Position numbers and translations under genes: made by a program
Shown: positions 52,761 through 64,000 of the stretch, piece by piece
Numbering within the stretch: position 1 is the stretch's first letter
Layout of the letters: each line of letters begins with the position of its first letter
The notes under the pieces: generated by a model
The model's database searches: none
What the model was told of the DNA's origin: nothing
What the model saw: only the letters and a program-made list of their open reading frames with translations
Assembly (NCBI GenBank): GCA_963843795.1
Contig: CAWJLW010000006.1
Location: 2,616,375 to 2,680,374, forward strand
Source of the DNA: an uncultured bacterium
GTDB lineage: Bacteria > Armatimonadota > Abditibacteriia > Abditibacteriales > Abditibacteriaceae
Length of the DNA stretch: 64,000 nt
Direction of reading: 5' to 3'

Positions 52761-54188
52761 ATGGATTCTTACGATTTGGTTGTCATTGGCGCTGGAACTG
52801 GCGGTTTAGTTTCGGCTTTTGCCGCCGACGCTTTGGGCGCGCGCGTTTTGTTGATTGAGCGCGAACGAATGGGCGGCGAATGCTTGTGGAGTGGCTGCGT
52901 GCCCTCGAAAACCCTCATAAAATCGGCACGCGTCTTTGATACCGTGCAGCGCGCAGCAGAATTCGGCGTGCATCTGGAAAAGCCTCGCGTCATCTGGAAC
53001 GCTATCAAATTACGCATTAAAGACGTGCAGGACGACATCAAAAAGCTCGAACGCCAAAGCATGGCCGAATCAAACGTCGAGTTTTGCCTTGGCAGCGCGC
53101 GCTTCATTGACGCACACGTGCTGGAAATCGAAAGTTCATCGCAAACGCGTCGAGTGCACGCGCGCCGCGTCATCATCGCTACCGGTTCCAAAGTGAGCGT
53201 GCCGCAAATTGATGGCTTGATAGAAGCCGGTTTCATCACCCATCAGCAAGTTTTCAATTTGCCCGCACTTCCGCGTCGCTTGGCCATTATCGGCGGTGGC
53301 CCAATTGGTTGTGAATTCGCCCAAGCCTTCGCACGTTTAGGCTGCAACGTGACTTTATTGCAACACGGCGAACGCATTTTGAATAAAGAAGATGAAGACG
53401 TTTCTGAAATTGCGCTTAAAATTCTGCGCGCCGCCAAAGTCGAAGTGCTACTGAATTGCGAAGTAAAAAGCGCTCGCGCCGACGATGACAGCAAGTACTT
53501 GCAGGTGAGCCATGAAGGCGGAACCAAGGAAATCAAAGCGGGACAAATTTTAGTCGCCACTGGCAAAAAGCCCAATATCGACAGTTTGGATTTGCCAAAC
53601 GCCGGCGTAAAATTCAGCGAAAAAGGCATCGAAGTCGATGAACATTTGAAAAGTTCGGTCGCGCATATTTTCGCGTGCGGCGATGTGACGGGTCGCGATT
53701 TATTCACGCACGCGGCCGAACACGAAGCGAAAATCGTCGCACAAAACGCCATGCTGCCAGTTAAAGCCAAAGCTCACAACGCCCCGCTGCCATGGACGAC
53801 ATTTCTCGATCCTGAAATCGCGCGTGTGGGTTTGACCGAAGCTCAAGCACGCCAAAAATGGCGCAATATCCGCGTTTTTCGTCAGGATTTCAAGACCTTA
53901 GATCGCGCAATTATTGAAGGCGAAACGCTGGGCTTTTGTAAAATCGTGACTACAGATTCTGGGCGCATTGTGGGCGCACATATCGTGGGGCCAAACGCCG
54001 GCGAACTGATCGCGCCGTGGACCTTCGCGATGGGCGAAGGCGCATTAATTTCTGAAATGGGCGAAGCGATTTTTGTTTATCCAACCCTTAGCGAAATTAG
54101 CCACCGCACGGGCAACGACTGGTATCAACAACTCTTGAAAAAACCCATGGTGAACCAATTATTAACTTGGTGGACGCAGCGCGCTTAA
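52761..54188 (+). CDS. Pyridine nucleotide-disulfide oxidoreductase (Lpd/MerA-like, without MerA C-terminal Cys pair)
   Basis: VIGAGTGG, GGECLWSGCVPSK, GGGPIGCE, ACGDV, YPTLSE. Confidence 0.9.
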   Translation: MDSYDLVVIGAGTGGLVSAFAADALGARVLLIERERMGGECLWSGCVPSKTLIKSARVFDTVQRAAEFGVHLEKPRVIWNAIKLRIKDVQDDIKKLERQSMAESNVEFCLGSARFIDAHVLEIESSSQTRRVHARRVIIATGSKVSVPQIDGLIEAGFITHQQVFNLPALPRRLAIIGGGPIGCEFAQAFARLGCNVTLLQHGERILNKEDEDVSEIALKILRAAKVEVLLNCEVKSARADDDSKYLQVSHEGGTKEIKAGQILVATGKKPNIDSLDLPNAGVKFSEKGIEVDEHLKSSVAHIFACGDVTGRDLFTHAAEHEAKIVAQNAMLPVKAKAHNAPLPWTTFLDPEIARVGLTEAQARQKWRNIRVFRQDFKTLDRAIIEGETLGFCKIVTTDSGRIVGAHIVGPNAGELIAPWTFAMGEGALISEMGEAIFVYPTLSEISHRTGNDWYQQLLKKPMVNQLLTWWTQRA

Positions 54189-54219
54189 ACAACGCGCTGC
54201 AAGTACTTGCAGCGCTTTT

Positions 54220-55299
54220 TCATAAGTCAAAATTCGGAACTTCAACCGGCGCGCCATCTTTCAACGACGATTCATGCGCGCAAATGCCCGGAGCGCACCA
54301 ATTGGCCGCTGTTCGAGCGTTGATAAACGGTTTGCGATTTTCGACGATGCTGCGCACAAACTCATGCACCAGATGAGGATGTGAACCACCATGTCCGCTA
54401 GAAGTAAAATGCGTGATTTCGGGTGGTAATAAGTGACCATAATCGGGAACTTCTAAGCGTCTGGTTGTCGTTGCGCGTCCGCGTTGCGCGGTGACCGACG
54501 GTTCCAGCGTGAACATTAGCGGCGCCTCGTCCTCCATTTGCCACTCGAAACCGCCCGCATCGCCGTAAACGCTAAAAACCTCAGCATAAGGGCGCGCGGT
54601 TTGAAACCACGAATGCGTCACTTCAGCAGCCAAATGGTCGCGCTCCAACCGGAAAAGTGCGCTTTGTAGAGGAAACCTATTGCCATTTGGCTGCTGAATA
54701 TCGGCGCGCAAAAGGCCCGAACCCAAACAATTCGCTTGCGTAGCACGCGTCTGTGCCAGCGCCAGCAAAGGTGCGACGACGTGCGTGGCGTAATGCATCG
54801 GTGGTTGCGCGCGCCAGTAAATCGGATAATCGCCTTCTAAATCTTGAAAATAGGCGCCGCGCAAAAACGTCAGATTGCCCAGTTCGCCGCGCTGAAATAA
54901 TTCGCGTGCGTGGAGGAAATTGCGCGTATAAACCGCAGTTTCCATCATCATGTAATTACGACCAACGCTTTCTTGCGCGCGAATTATGCGCCACAAATCG
55001 TCGATTTCGGTCGCCATCGGAACTGCGCACGCGCAATGTTTGCCCGCAGCCAAAACCGCTAAAGTATGCTCGACGTGCAAAGGTACCGGAGTCAATAGAT
55101 GAATCGCATCACAATCGGAATCCAACACTTCATCAAGTCTTTCGTAACGTTTTGCGATGCCAAACTGCTCGCCGATTTCGTTTAAGCGCCTGACGTTGGG
55201 ATCGCAAATCATCACTTCTGCGACATCGGGATGCGCTTGATAAATCGGCGCGAACGCAGCGCCAAAGCCTAAGCCGACAACAGCAATACTCAGGGGCAT
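54220..55299 (-). CDS. Gfo/Idh/MocA family oxidoreductase
   Basis: IAVVGLGFG, AGKHCACAVPMA, YMMMET, PPMHYATH, GHGGSHPHLVHEF. Confidence 0.88.
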   Translation of the reverse strand: MPLSIAVVGLGFGAAFAPIYQAHPDVAEVMICDPNVRRLNEIGEQFGIAKRYERLDEVLDSDCDAIHLLTPVPLHVEHTLAVLAAGKHCACAVPMATEIDDLWRIIRAQESVGRNYMMMETAVYTRNFLHARELFQRGELGNLTFLRGAYFQDLEGDYPIYWRAQPPMHYATHVVAPLLALAQTRATQANCLGSGLLRADIQQPNGNRFPLQSALFRLERDHLAAEVTHSWFQTARPYAEVFSVYGDAGGFEWQMEDEAPLMFTLEPSVTAQRGRATTTRRLEVPDYGHLLPPEITHFTSSGHGGSHPHLVHEFVRSIVENRKPFINARTAANWCAPGICAHESSLKDGAPVEVPNFDL

Positions 55300-55344
55300 G
55301 ATGAATTTCTCCAAACGCCACTGCAAGTACTTGCAGTGGCGTTT

Positions 55345-56697
55345 TTACGCTTCAACATTCTGTGCGCGTGTCCATTTGCGACATTTGCGCATTGCGTTCG
55401 TCGCCCACAGGCGCGACGGTTTTTCTCTGAGCCAGATACAACACGGTTCTTTAGCGTTCGTATGAAGCCAACGGTTGAGAATCAACATTTCATCCAACTC
55501 GCTTTTCGCGGTAAAAGGGGCGACGGGCGGAGGATCGCTGAAAACATCTTCTATCTCGCGCTTTAATTGCGCCCAATCGTTTTCGCTATCCGCGACAGTA
55601 ACATGACGTCGCACAAGCCCGCCGCACACCAAAAACGCGCTCCAACGCGCACTGCAAGTACTTGCATTGTCGCTTTCATCGTTATGCGATAAAGCGGGCT
55701 GCATAATAATCACGTTATTGTCTTCGCGCATTCGTTTCAAACGCTGCAACCTATCGGCGACATGAGCGATGGCTTCCAGTTGTTCCTTAATTTTGCCCGC
55801 TTCTTCAAAGCGCCATTCGGCAGAGAGTTCGTTCATGCGCGCGCGCATCCGTTCCACGCGCGGCGAAGTGCCTTCGTGCAGCGTTTGCACCAATTCCGCA
55901 CAAATTTGCTGATAATTTTGCGCTTCAATCGCATCGACACACGGCCCGGCGCAGCGTTTGAGTTCGTGATAAAAACAGGCGCGATTCGTGGCATCGGGTC
56001 GCAATTCGCCTTCGCACGAGCGCAGCGGAAACAAGTTGCGCACGGCTTCAAAAGTCCACCACGCAGCGCGCGGCGTCGTAAAAGGGCCGAGATACAAACC
56101 GGGCAGTTCGCCAGCGCGCGGCGGATTATCCAGCGTTTGCCATTCCTGCATTGCACGACGCGCCGCTTCGTTGTTCATCGAACTAAGATGCGTTGGCAAA
56201 GCATCAAAAACGCTTTCCTCGTCTTCATTTTCTTCGCCCGCATCGGCGCACGGTTCGGCGCGCGTGAGGGTCAGGCGCGGAAAAGTTTCGTGCGATAACA
56301 AAAGATACGGATAAACGTCGAAGCGTTTGAGTTGGCGATTGAGAATCGGGCGCAGTTGCGCGATGAGCTTGCGCTCCAAAAGCAGCGCTTCCAATTCGCT
56401 GCCGCAATGACGCACTTCCATGCGTTGAATTTCAGCCAACAAGCGGCGCAACTTGGGCGTGCGTTTATTTTTGGTTTCGGCGAAATACGAGCGCACGCGG
56501 TCGCGCAAAGTTTTCGATTTGCCGACATAAAGCAAGCGATCGTCGATTCCATAAAAGAAATAAACGCCCGGCGTGCGTGGCAGGGCGCGCGCCTGATCGC
56601 GCAACGCGCGGCGACGGCGCGTGTCGATGCGACCTTCAAACGGGCTTTGAACACGGTGAGCGCCGAACGCGCGCAGAGGAGAAGCGGCCATGACCAT
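55345..56697 (-). CDS. UvrC-like (Cho-type) GIY-YIG nuclease with UVR domain
   Basis: LPRTPGVYFF..LLYVGKSKTLRDRVRSYF, ELEALLLE, Cys cluster, RFEEAGKIKEQ; no RNase H-like or HhH C-terminus seen. Confidence 0.85.
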   Translation of the reverse strand: MVMAASPLRAFGAHRVQSPFEGRIDTRRRRALRDQARALPRTPGVYFFYGIDDRLLYVGKSKTLRDRVRSYFAETKNKRTPKLRRLLAEIQRMEVRHCGSELEALLLERKLIAQLRPILNRQLKRFDVYPYLLLSHETFPRLTLTRAEPCADAGEENEDEESVFDALPTHLSSMNNEAARRAMQEWQTLDNPPRAGELPGLYLGPFTTPRAAWWTFEAVRNLFPLRSCEGELRPDATNRACFYHELKRCAGPCVDAIEAQNYQQICAELVQTLHEGTSPRVERMRARMNELSAEWRFEEAGKIKEQLEAIAHVADRLQRLKRMREDNNVIIMQPALSHNDESDNASTCSARWSAFLVCGGLVRRHVTVADSENDWAQLKREIEDVFSDPPPVAPFTAKSELDEMLILNRWLHTNAKEPCCIWLREKPSRLWATNAMRKCRKWTRAQNVEA

Positions 56698-56702
56698 TCA
56701 GT

Positions 56703-57419
56703 TTAGCTTGCCAGTTGCGGTGCAAGTACTTGCGGCGCGATTTTACCAGTTTTCACACGGTAATGTCCAATAATCGGCCAACGATTCAGCGCGTGATCTT
56801 CGCGGCAAACCGAACCGTTGTGAATCACGAAGGGTTCGCCATCTGATGCCACGCCATCGGAAACAATTCCCGTGTGCAAACGGCCTTCACCCGAATTCCA
56901 AAACACGATGTCGCCCGGCTGCCATTGCTTCCAAGTTGAAGCATCGGCTCGTTTGGTGAGAACGTGCGCGTGCGTATCAAAGTATTTCATCTGGTTGGGC
57001 ACGCGGCGATGATCGATGTTGGGATTGGGCGCATTCAAGCCCCATTTGCGCGGATACGATTTCCAGTTTTGCAGCATATCGGCGTGAATGCGCTGCTGCA
57101 AATCAATATCAACGGCGCGCAGGGCGCGCACGATCACATCGGTGCAAGCGCCGCGATTTTCGGGCACATCGCCAAGAGGATAGGCGATAGTTTGATAACG
57201 CGCATCGTAGCGCGTGCCGATTTGCTCTTTGGCGGCTTGAACAATTTGACGCGCGCGCGGATTGGGAATTTCGATGCGCCGCGCGACCGCGACATTCGGG
57301 TCGCCAGGTTGCAAAAATGAGAGTTCGAGAACATATTGGCCACCAAAGAAAGCTGCGCTGCTGATAGCGAAAAATGCGGAAATCGCGAACCGGTTGCGAG
57401 GCGAAGAAATTGGTTTCAT
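56703..57419 (-). CDS. DUF1287 family protein
   Basis: YPLGDVPENRGACTDVIVRALR, NIDHRRVPN, WQPGDIV, HTGIVSD; start uncertain. Confidence 0.85.
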   Translation of the reverse strand: MKPISSPRNRFAISAFFAISSAAFFGGQYVLELSFLQPGDPNVAVARRIEIPNPRARQIVQAAKEQIGTRYDARYQTIAYPLGDVPENRGACTDVIVRALRAVDIDLQQRIHADMLQNWKSYPRKWGLNAPNPNIDHRRVPNQMKYFDTHAHVLTKRADASTWKQWQPGDIVFWNSGEGRLHTGIVSDGVASDGEPFVIHNGSVCREDHALNRWPIIGHYRVKTGKIAPQVLAPQLAS

Positions 57420-57537
57420 AGCAATGGCAAACGAAAAGCGTGGTTTCAATCTTGACATTTTCATGACGCATTTCCCAGCACACAGGTGTCATGCAAGCAC
57501 CTGCACGACATCAATCGAAATGCACGCCCAAAAACGC

Positions 57538-57573
57538 AAATGCGCTCCTGCAAGTACTTGCAGGAGCGCATTT
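57538..57573. terminator. Palindrome-centred hairpin after gltB
   Basis: AAATGCGCTCC-core-GGAGCGCATTT(TTT). Confidence 0.7.
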
Positions 57574-57587
57574 TTTCGACTTTCAAC

Positions 57588-60500
57588 TTAAACCGGCGGC
57601 ACTTCATTGGGAACCGGCGATTGCTCGTTTGGCCCGGCTTCGGCCAATTCTTCCGGGCTTTTCAGCGCCATCAGTTCGTCGGCTTTGGGCGCGTCGCCTT
57701 CGCCTAACGCGTGCTTTTGGGTCATCGTGTTCGGGTCGGCGTTGGCCGGTTTTCCGTTCACTGCTACGCCGTTATTCAATGCGCCTTTTTCTAAGGCGCG
57801 CGGCACTCGTTTAGGCTTTTCGACTTTGGGTGCGGGCGCTTTTTCGGGATGTGGCACGACTTTGTAGAACTGCGCGACCGAATTCTCCCAATCGTTCAAA
57901 ATATTTTGCGCGTGAGGCGAAGTCGTCTCGTGCAAATGTGCTTCGATCAAACTTTTCAACTGAGTTTTGTCGTCATCATTGGACAAACGCTCGATGCCGA
58001 CCATATCGGGATTGAATCGGCGCTCCAGGGTTTGGCTTTTATCATAGATATACGCCAGTCCGCCGCTCATGCCCGCGCCGAAGTTCAAACCGGTTTCGCC
58101 CAACACAACGACCACGCCGCCGGTCATGTATTCGCAGCCGTGATCGCCGATGCCTTCGACAACGGCGGTGCCGCCGGAATTGCGCACACAGAAACGTTCG
58201 CCCGCTTGTCCGGCCAAAAACAAACGTCCGCCAGTTGCGCCATACATCACGACGTTTCCGACCAAAACGTTTTCGCTCCACACGAACTTTTCATCATCGT
58301 GTGGACGCACTACAATCGTGCCGCCGTGCATCGATTTGCCAACATAATCGCAGGCTTCGCCGGTGAGTTGCAAACGCATTCCATTGATGTTGAAAGCGCC
58401 AAACGATTGACCGGCGCTGCCATCGAAACGCAGGGTCAGCGTATCATCAGCCAGTCCATCATCGCCGTAACGGTAAGCGATTTCGCCAGCGATGCGACCG
58501 CCGACGGTGCGGTTGGTGTTCTCGATTTTGTAATTGCAGATCCAGAGGTCGGCTTTCGGCAATTGCGTCGCGCGCGTCCTGCAAAATGATGTCGTCGATG
58601 GGCCAATCGGCCAGACGGTCATTCTTGCCAACCACGCAGCGATGCGGATTATTTTCGTTTTTCTCAAACTGATAGAACAGCGCCGACAAATCGAGATCAT
58701 GCGTTTTGGGATACGCCGCGTTGGGTTTCACCCGCAGCAGTTCTGAACGACCGATGATGTGCTTCAATTCGCGCACGCCCATCGCGGCCATATACTCGCG
58801 CGTTTCCTCAGCCACGAACTTGAAGAAATTCACGACGTGTTCGGGCTTGCCGGGGAACTTGGCGCGCAAATCTTCGCGCTGCGCCGCCACGCCAACCGGA
58901 CAAGTATTCAAATGGCACTGCCGCGCCATCACACAACCTGCCGCCATCAGCGCGCGGTACCAAAACCATATTCTTCCGCGCCCAAAAGCGCCGCGATAAT
59001 AATATCGCGACCGGTTTTGAAACCGCCGTCAGCGTGCAACTTGACACGTCCGCGCAGGCCGTTGCGAATCAAAACCTGCTGCGCTTCGGCCAAACCTAAC
59101 TCCCACGAAACGCCGGTATTTTTGATCGAAACGACAGGCGATGCGCCAGTTCCGCCATCGTGACCGGAGATGATGATCGTATCGGCGTAGGCTTTGGCAA
59201 CGCCCGCTGCAACAGTGCCGACGCCCGCTTGCGCCACCAATTTTACGCTGACACGCGCGCGCGGATTGATTTGCTTGAGGTCATAAATCAATTGCGCCAA
59301 GGTCTTCAATTGAATAAATATCGTGATGCGGCGGCGGGCTGAAATGAGCGTTACGCCGGGAATTGAGTGGCGAATTGCAGCGATTTCCGCGTTGACTTTG
59401 AAGCCGGGCAATTGTCCGCCTTCGCCAGGTTTGGCGCCCTGCGCCATTTTGATTTGCAATTCTTTGGCGGAAGCCAGATATTCCGGCGTCACGCCAAAGC
59501 GTGCGCTGGCAATTTGCTTGATCTGGCTGTTGCGCCAATCGCCGTTTTCGTCGCGGTGGAAACGCTCCGGGTCTTCGCCACCTTCGCCCGAATTCGAACG
59601 CCCGCCGATGCGGTTCATCGCAATCGCCAAACATTCGTGCGCTTCGGAGCTCAAAGCGCCATGACTCATCGCGCCGGTCGCCAAACGCGCGAAAATCGCT
59701 TCGACCGGCTCGACTTCTTCAATCGGAATCGGGTTCGCCTGCGGGAACCCAATCTAATAAATCGCGCAACGCAACCGGGCGCGCTTTTTCGTTGACCTGC
59801 TCGCGGTAAATCTGATACTGCGTCTCGTAATCGTCCTCGACGCACCGCTGTGTGAAACGGCTTGAACCAAGTTGGGCGTGAAAGCGTGCGCTTCGCCGTC
59901 TTTGCGATAGCGCAAAAAGGCAAAGTTTTCCAGCTTGTTGGCCTCGCCTTCAGCGGGATAAGCGGTTTCGTGCAAGCGCAACACGTCGCGCGCGATTTCC
60001 GCATACCCCGAACCCCGAATGCGGCTTGGCGTGTGGGTGAAACATTCGTCCACCAAGTTCGGGCGCCAAGCCCAGCGCTTCGAAAATCTGCGCGCCATGA
60101 TAGCTGCTCAAGGTCGAAATGCCCATCTTCGACATGATTTTCAGCAAGCCGCTTTCAATGGCCTTGTGGAACTTGGCGATTAATTCATCGACGCTGCCTT
60201 CAAATTCTTCGGCTTCTTTGTCGCGCAAACCAGCGATGCTCTGATGCGCCAAATACGGGTTGATTGCCGACGCGCCGTAGCCCAGCAAACACGCGAAAGG
60301 ATGCGATTCGTGCGGCTCGCCGCTTTCAACCACAATCGAACATTTGGTGCGCAAACCGGCTCGCGTTAAATGGTGATGCACGGCACCAACGGCCAGCAAG
60401 GCCGGAATCGGCGCAGTTTTACTATCGACGCCGCGGTCGCTCAGAATCAAAATGCCCGCGCCGTCGCGCACCGCATTTTCGGCCTCTTGGCGCAGCCAAT

Positions 60501-62370
60501 GCACCGCGCGCTCCAAAGCCGCTTCGCCATCTTCAATCGGGAAAGTCGCTTTGAGCACTGCCGACTTGAATTCATCGCCGCAAGTACTTGCCCCATCGCG
60601 CAGCCACGCCAGTTGCGTATCGGTGAGGACCGGCGATTTGAATTGGATGCGGCGGCAGCTTTGCGGCGTTTCGCTCCACAAGTTCGAACGCGGGCCGATA
60701 AAGGTTTGCAGGCTCATCACCAGTTTTTCGCGCAACGGGTCAATCGGCGGATTGGTGACTTGCGCGAAACGCTGGCGGAAATAATTATAAAGCGAGCGCG
60801 GCTTATCGGACAAAACGGAAAGCGGCGTGTCGTCGCCCATCGAACCGGTTGGCTCCGAAGCCGATTGAATCATCGGCTTGACGAACTCGTCCATGTCCTC
60901 GGTCGTGTAGCCGAACGCTTTCAATTGCTCGAGCAATTCTTCGCCGGTGCAAGCACTTCGCAGGGGCAATAGACGACATTTCCAGCGTGTCGGCTTTGAT
61001 GAGATAATCGTTGAGCCATTGCTGATACGGTTGCGCCGCCGCGTAACGCGCCTTAATATCGTCGTTGCGCATAATTTCGCCGGTTTCGGTGTCCAGCGCG
61101 ATAATTTGGCCCGGCCCCAGACGACCTTTTTCGATCACTTTGGCGCCGTTCAAATCAATCACGCCGACTTCGCTACCCACGACTAGCAAGCCATCGTCGC
61201 TGAGTTGATAGCGGCTCGGACGCAGACCGTTACGATCTAAGCTGGCACCAATGATGCGGCCATCGGTAAACGAAAGCGCGGCCGGGCCATCCCAGGGCTC
61301 TTGCAAACACGCGTGATATTCGTAAAACGCGCGCACTTCGTCGCTGAGATCGGGATCGTTCTGGTGTGCTTGCGGCTGCATCATCAAAACCGTGTGCAAG
61401 AGGTCGCGCCCGCCCAAAACCAACGATTCCAGCACGTTATCGAGCGCGCTCGAATCGCTGTTACCCGGCTTGAATCAGGGGCCGCAATTGTTCAATCGAA
61501 GCGTGACTGTCCCAAATCGTGGCGTCTTGCGACAATTCCGCCGCGCGCAAGCAGTTGGCGTTGCCTTGCAAGCGTGTTGATTTCGCCATTGTGCGCCAGA
61601 AAACGAAACGGTTGCGCCAAAAACCAAGTCGGAAAAGTGTTGGTCGAATAACGCTGATGATACAAAGCCAACGTCGAAACGTAATCTTCCTGCGCCAAAT
61701 CGAGATAAAACTTGTCCAGTTGCGGCGCGACCATCAAACCTTTATAAACATGGTTTTGGTCGAAAAACTGGGAATGTAAAAACCTTCGATTCCGGCTTCG
61801 TGCACGCCACGCTCCATCGCTTTGCGCATCAGGTAACAGGTGCGCTCGAAAGTGGCGTCGTCCATGTTATCGTAGCGCACCAAGAGCATTTGACGAACGT
61901 GTCGGGCAATTATCGCGCGCGCGGTCGCCCAAGGCGTCGCGGTCGACCGGCACTTTGCGCCACTCCAAGAAAATCAAATCGCTTTGTGCGACGACATCTT
62001 CGCAGATGCGATACGCGCGATGGCGCATCTCGTCATTTTGCGGAAAGAACATCATCGCGACCGCGAGTTCGCTGTCGCTTTTGAGCAGTTTGCCTTGTCC
62101 TTTGCCCAAACCGCGTCGCAGCATCTGAGCGGGGATTTGGGTCAAAATTCCCGCGCCATCGCCCGTTTTGGCATCCGCGGCCACGGCACCGCGATGGGTG
62201 AGGCGGCACACCGCTTCGATGCCTTTGCGCACGATGCGATGAGATTTTTCACCGCGCGTCGAGGCGACGAAACCAATGCCACACGCATCGCGTTCCATTT
62301 CGGGCAACCACAGGCCTTTACCGTCTGACTCGGGCATTCCATAGCGCAAACCCATCGAAGACTGATTCAT
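57588..62370 (-). CDS. gltB: Glutamate synthase large subunit, fragmented by many single-base frameshifts
   Basis: [83 protein letters not shown] spread over at least 8 ORF pieces. Confidence 0.93.
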
Positions 62371-62696
62371 AATCTCTCCCAAACCGCTCTGCAAGTACTT
62401 GCAGAGAACAAAACGGTGACGAACACCGCGATATTTTTATTTCCGACTTCCATCAATTTAATGGCAAATAACTCGATAACAACGCCAGCGAACTCGCAAA
62501 TGCGCCTACTCATACTTATCACGCAGCCATATCGGAATTGTTACGGGAATGTTTCGTGTCATGTAACAATTTTTGGCCTTTCAGTGTGCCCGATAAAGCC
62601 GCGTAAAACCGCAGCGTGTAGCTGACAATTTCTAATAATTCTTTTCACACCGTTAATTTTCGCACTTTTGGCGCACAATTGGCGAAGTGCGCTGAT

Positions 62697-63356
62697 ATGT
62701 CCTCAAATCCTTCCACCCAAGATTTATCCGGCAATGCCAATCAGACCGCGCCCAATGGCAAAGATCGCAATGCTGATTTGCACGGCTTCGTGCCTGATTC
62801 ATGCACGGTCGCGCTGCTTTTAATCGACGTTATCAACGATTTGGAATTCGACGGCGGCGAGAAACTTTTACCGCACGCACTGCCAATGGCCAAGCGTTTG
62901 GCAACGCTTAAAAAGCGCGCGCACGAGGCAAAAATCCCCGTCGTTTACGTCAACGATAATATGGGTCGCTGGCAATCGGATTTTCACGCCGTCGTCGATG
63001 CTTGCTGCGATAGCAGAGTGCGCGGCCACGAAATCGCCAATTTGCTAAAGCCCGACGATCAAGATTATTTTGTTTTAAAGCCCAAACATTCCGGCTTTTA
63101 TTCGACGACGCTCGACTTGTTGTTGCAATATCTCGGCGCACGCACTTTAATTCTCTGCGGAATGGCCGGTGATATTTGCGTTTTGTTTACAGCCAACGAT
63201 GCCTATATGCGCGACTTCAACATCATCGTGCCGTGTGACGGTCTGGCTTCTCAAAGCGAAGAAAATAACACGCACGCCGTCGAAATCATGCAGCGCGTTT
63301 TGAAAGCCCAAACGTCGAAGATCGAAGAACTCGATTTGCCAACGTTGTTGAAATAA
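62697..63356 (+). CDS. Isochorismatase-family cysteine hydrolase
   Basis: LLLIDVIND, YVNDN, KPKHSGFY, GMAGDICVLFTANDAYMRD. Confidence 0.9.
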   Translation: MSSNPSTQDLSGNANQTAPNGKDRNADLHGFVPDSCTVALLLIDVINDLEFDGGEKLLPHALPMAKRLATLKKRAHEAKIPVVYVNDNMGRWQSDFHAVVDACCDSRVRGHEIANLLKPDDQDYFVLKPKHSGFYSTTLDLLLQYLGARTLILCGMAGDICVLFTANDAYMRDFNIIVPCDGLASQSEENNTHAVEIMQRVLKAQTSKIEELDLPTLLK

Positions 63357-63398
63357 ACGGCAGACAAATTCTTTCTGCAGGTACTGGCAAAGCGAATT

Positions 63399-63743
63399 TC
63401 ACGCTTTGCCTTTTCGTTTTTCTTTTGCCTCTTTTTTCGGCTCGACTTCTGGCACTTGCATCCACGGCATTCCCGGCACGCCGCGCCGCGATTCTTTCGC
63501 GGTTTCATCCAGCGCGCGCTTGAAACGTTGTAAGCGGCGCACGGTGATAATTATCATCACCAGCAGCGAAATTCCCAGCGCGAAGTTCCACACCATCGCC
63601 ATTGGCACATTGGCTTTGAGGGCGCTTTGACGCGCTAGAAACCACGCCCACAACAAAACGAAGCTCGCCACCATCGCCAAAGTTTCCCACAGCGGATGCT
63701 TTGTCGTTGGCGTCGAATCGGAAGCAGATTTTCGTGAAGCCAT
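63399..63743 (-). CDS. Small 2-TM hypothetical protein
   Basis: Two hydrophobic helices and a basic tail. Confidence 0.65.
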   Translation of the reverse strand: MASRKSASDSTPTTKHPLWETLAMVASFVLLWAWFLARQSALKANVPMAMVWNFALGISLLVMIIITVRRLQRFKRALDETAKESRRGVPGMPWMQVPEVEPKKEAKEKRKGKA

Positions 63744-63827
63744 GCATCACAGTTTATCAAACGAGGCAGCAAGTACTTGCAGCACAATTTCCAGCGCGTA
63801 AACTCGCGCCATTCCAAAGGAGAAAAT

Positions 63828-64000
63828 ATGGCCACCACTTCCGGCAAAACGCTCAAACGCCCGCTCCGTTTTCGTCAAGTCCATCTCGATTTTCACACCA
63901 GCGAGAAAATTCCCGGCATCGGCTCTAAATTCAGCAAAGCCCAATTTCAGGAAATGTTGCAACGCGGTCACGTCGATTCGATTACCGTGTTTTCCAAATG
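63828..64000 (+). CDS. Putative glycoside hydrolase (GHL6-like), N-terminus only
   Basis: Not in the ORF track. AAGGAG RBS then MATTSGKTLKRPLRFRQVHLDFHTSEKIPGIGSKFSKAQFQEMLQRGHVDSITVFSK; open to the window end. Confidence 0.75.
   Translation, partial: MATTSGKTLKRPLRFRQVHLDFHTSEKIPGIGSKFSKAQFQEMLQRGHVDSITVFSK

Noticed and set aside
52761..54188. Mercuric reductase merA
   Set aside because: No C-terminal Cys-Cys pair, no N-terminal HMA domain and no mer operon neighbours.
55345..56697. GIY-YIG protein as a homing or mobile endonuclease that targets the repeat
   Set aside because: Its architecture is UvrC N-terminal-like (GIY-YIG, Cys cluster, UVR), consistent with excision repair, and there is no intron or mobile context.
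63747..63971. 74-aa minus-strand ORF from the track
   Set aside because: It is the antisense shadow of the + strand glycoside-hydrolase-like gene starting at 63828, which has a clear RBS.

Overview
Bacterial chromosomal core-genome segment with no phage, IS, integrase or CRISPR array seen. The large-form SRP RNA, the DUF881-sbp genes in the dcw cluster and the gene style suggest a Terrabacteria lineage, possibly Abditibacteriota/Armatimonadota (inference only). It carries an M32 carboxypeptidase, mrdA, mscL, rpsL-rpsG-fusA (no tuf), a ~1,800-aa PD40/beta-sandwich surface protein, pdxS, a GT2 synthase plus polysaccharide deacetylase, dnaX-ybaB-recR with SRP RNA and two tRNA-Ser, aroB, ppk2, murC-murB-ddl-ftsQ-DUF881-sbp-ftsA (no ftsZ), DUF4129/DUF4350, a sulfatase, a UvrC-like nuclease and gltB. 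Single-base indels in fusA, rpsG, gltB and other genes look like an unpolished long-read assembly. The main unexplained signal is a 12-14 bp palindrome, (T)GCAAGTACTTGC(A). I count 43 exact 12-mers by eye, about one per 1.5 kb, plus about 10 near-matches. It sits at the centre of many intergenic hairpins whose arms co-vary, at most operon junctions, and inside conserved genes in all three reading frames without changing protein length. This fits a genome-wide HIP1/DNA-uptake-sequence-like signal better than a mobile repeat. I do not recognise the motif, and no cognate protein is evident in the window.
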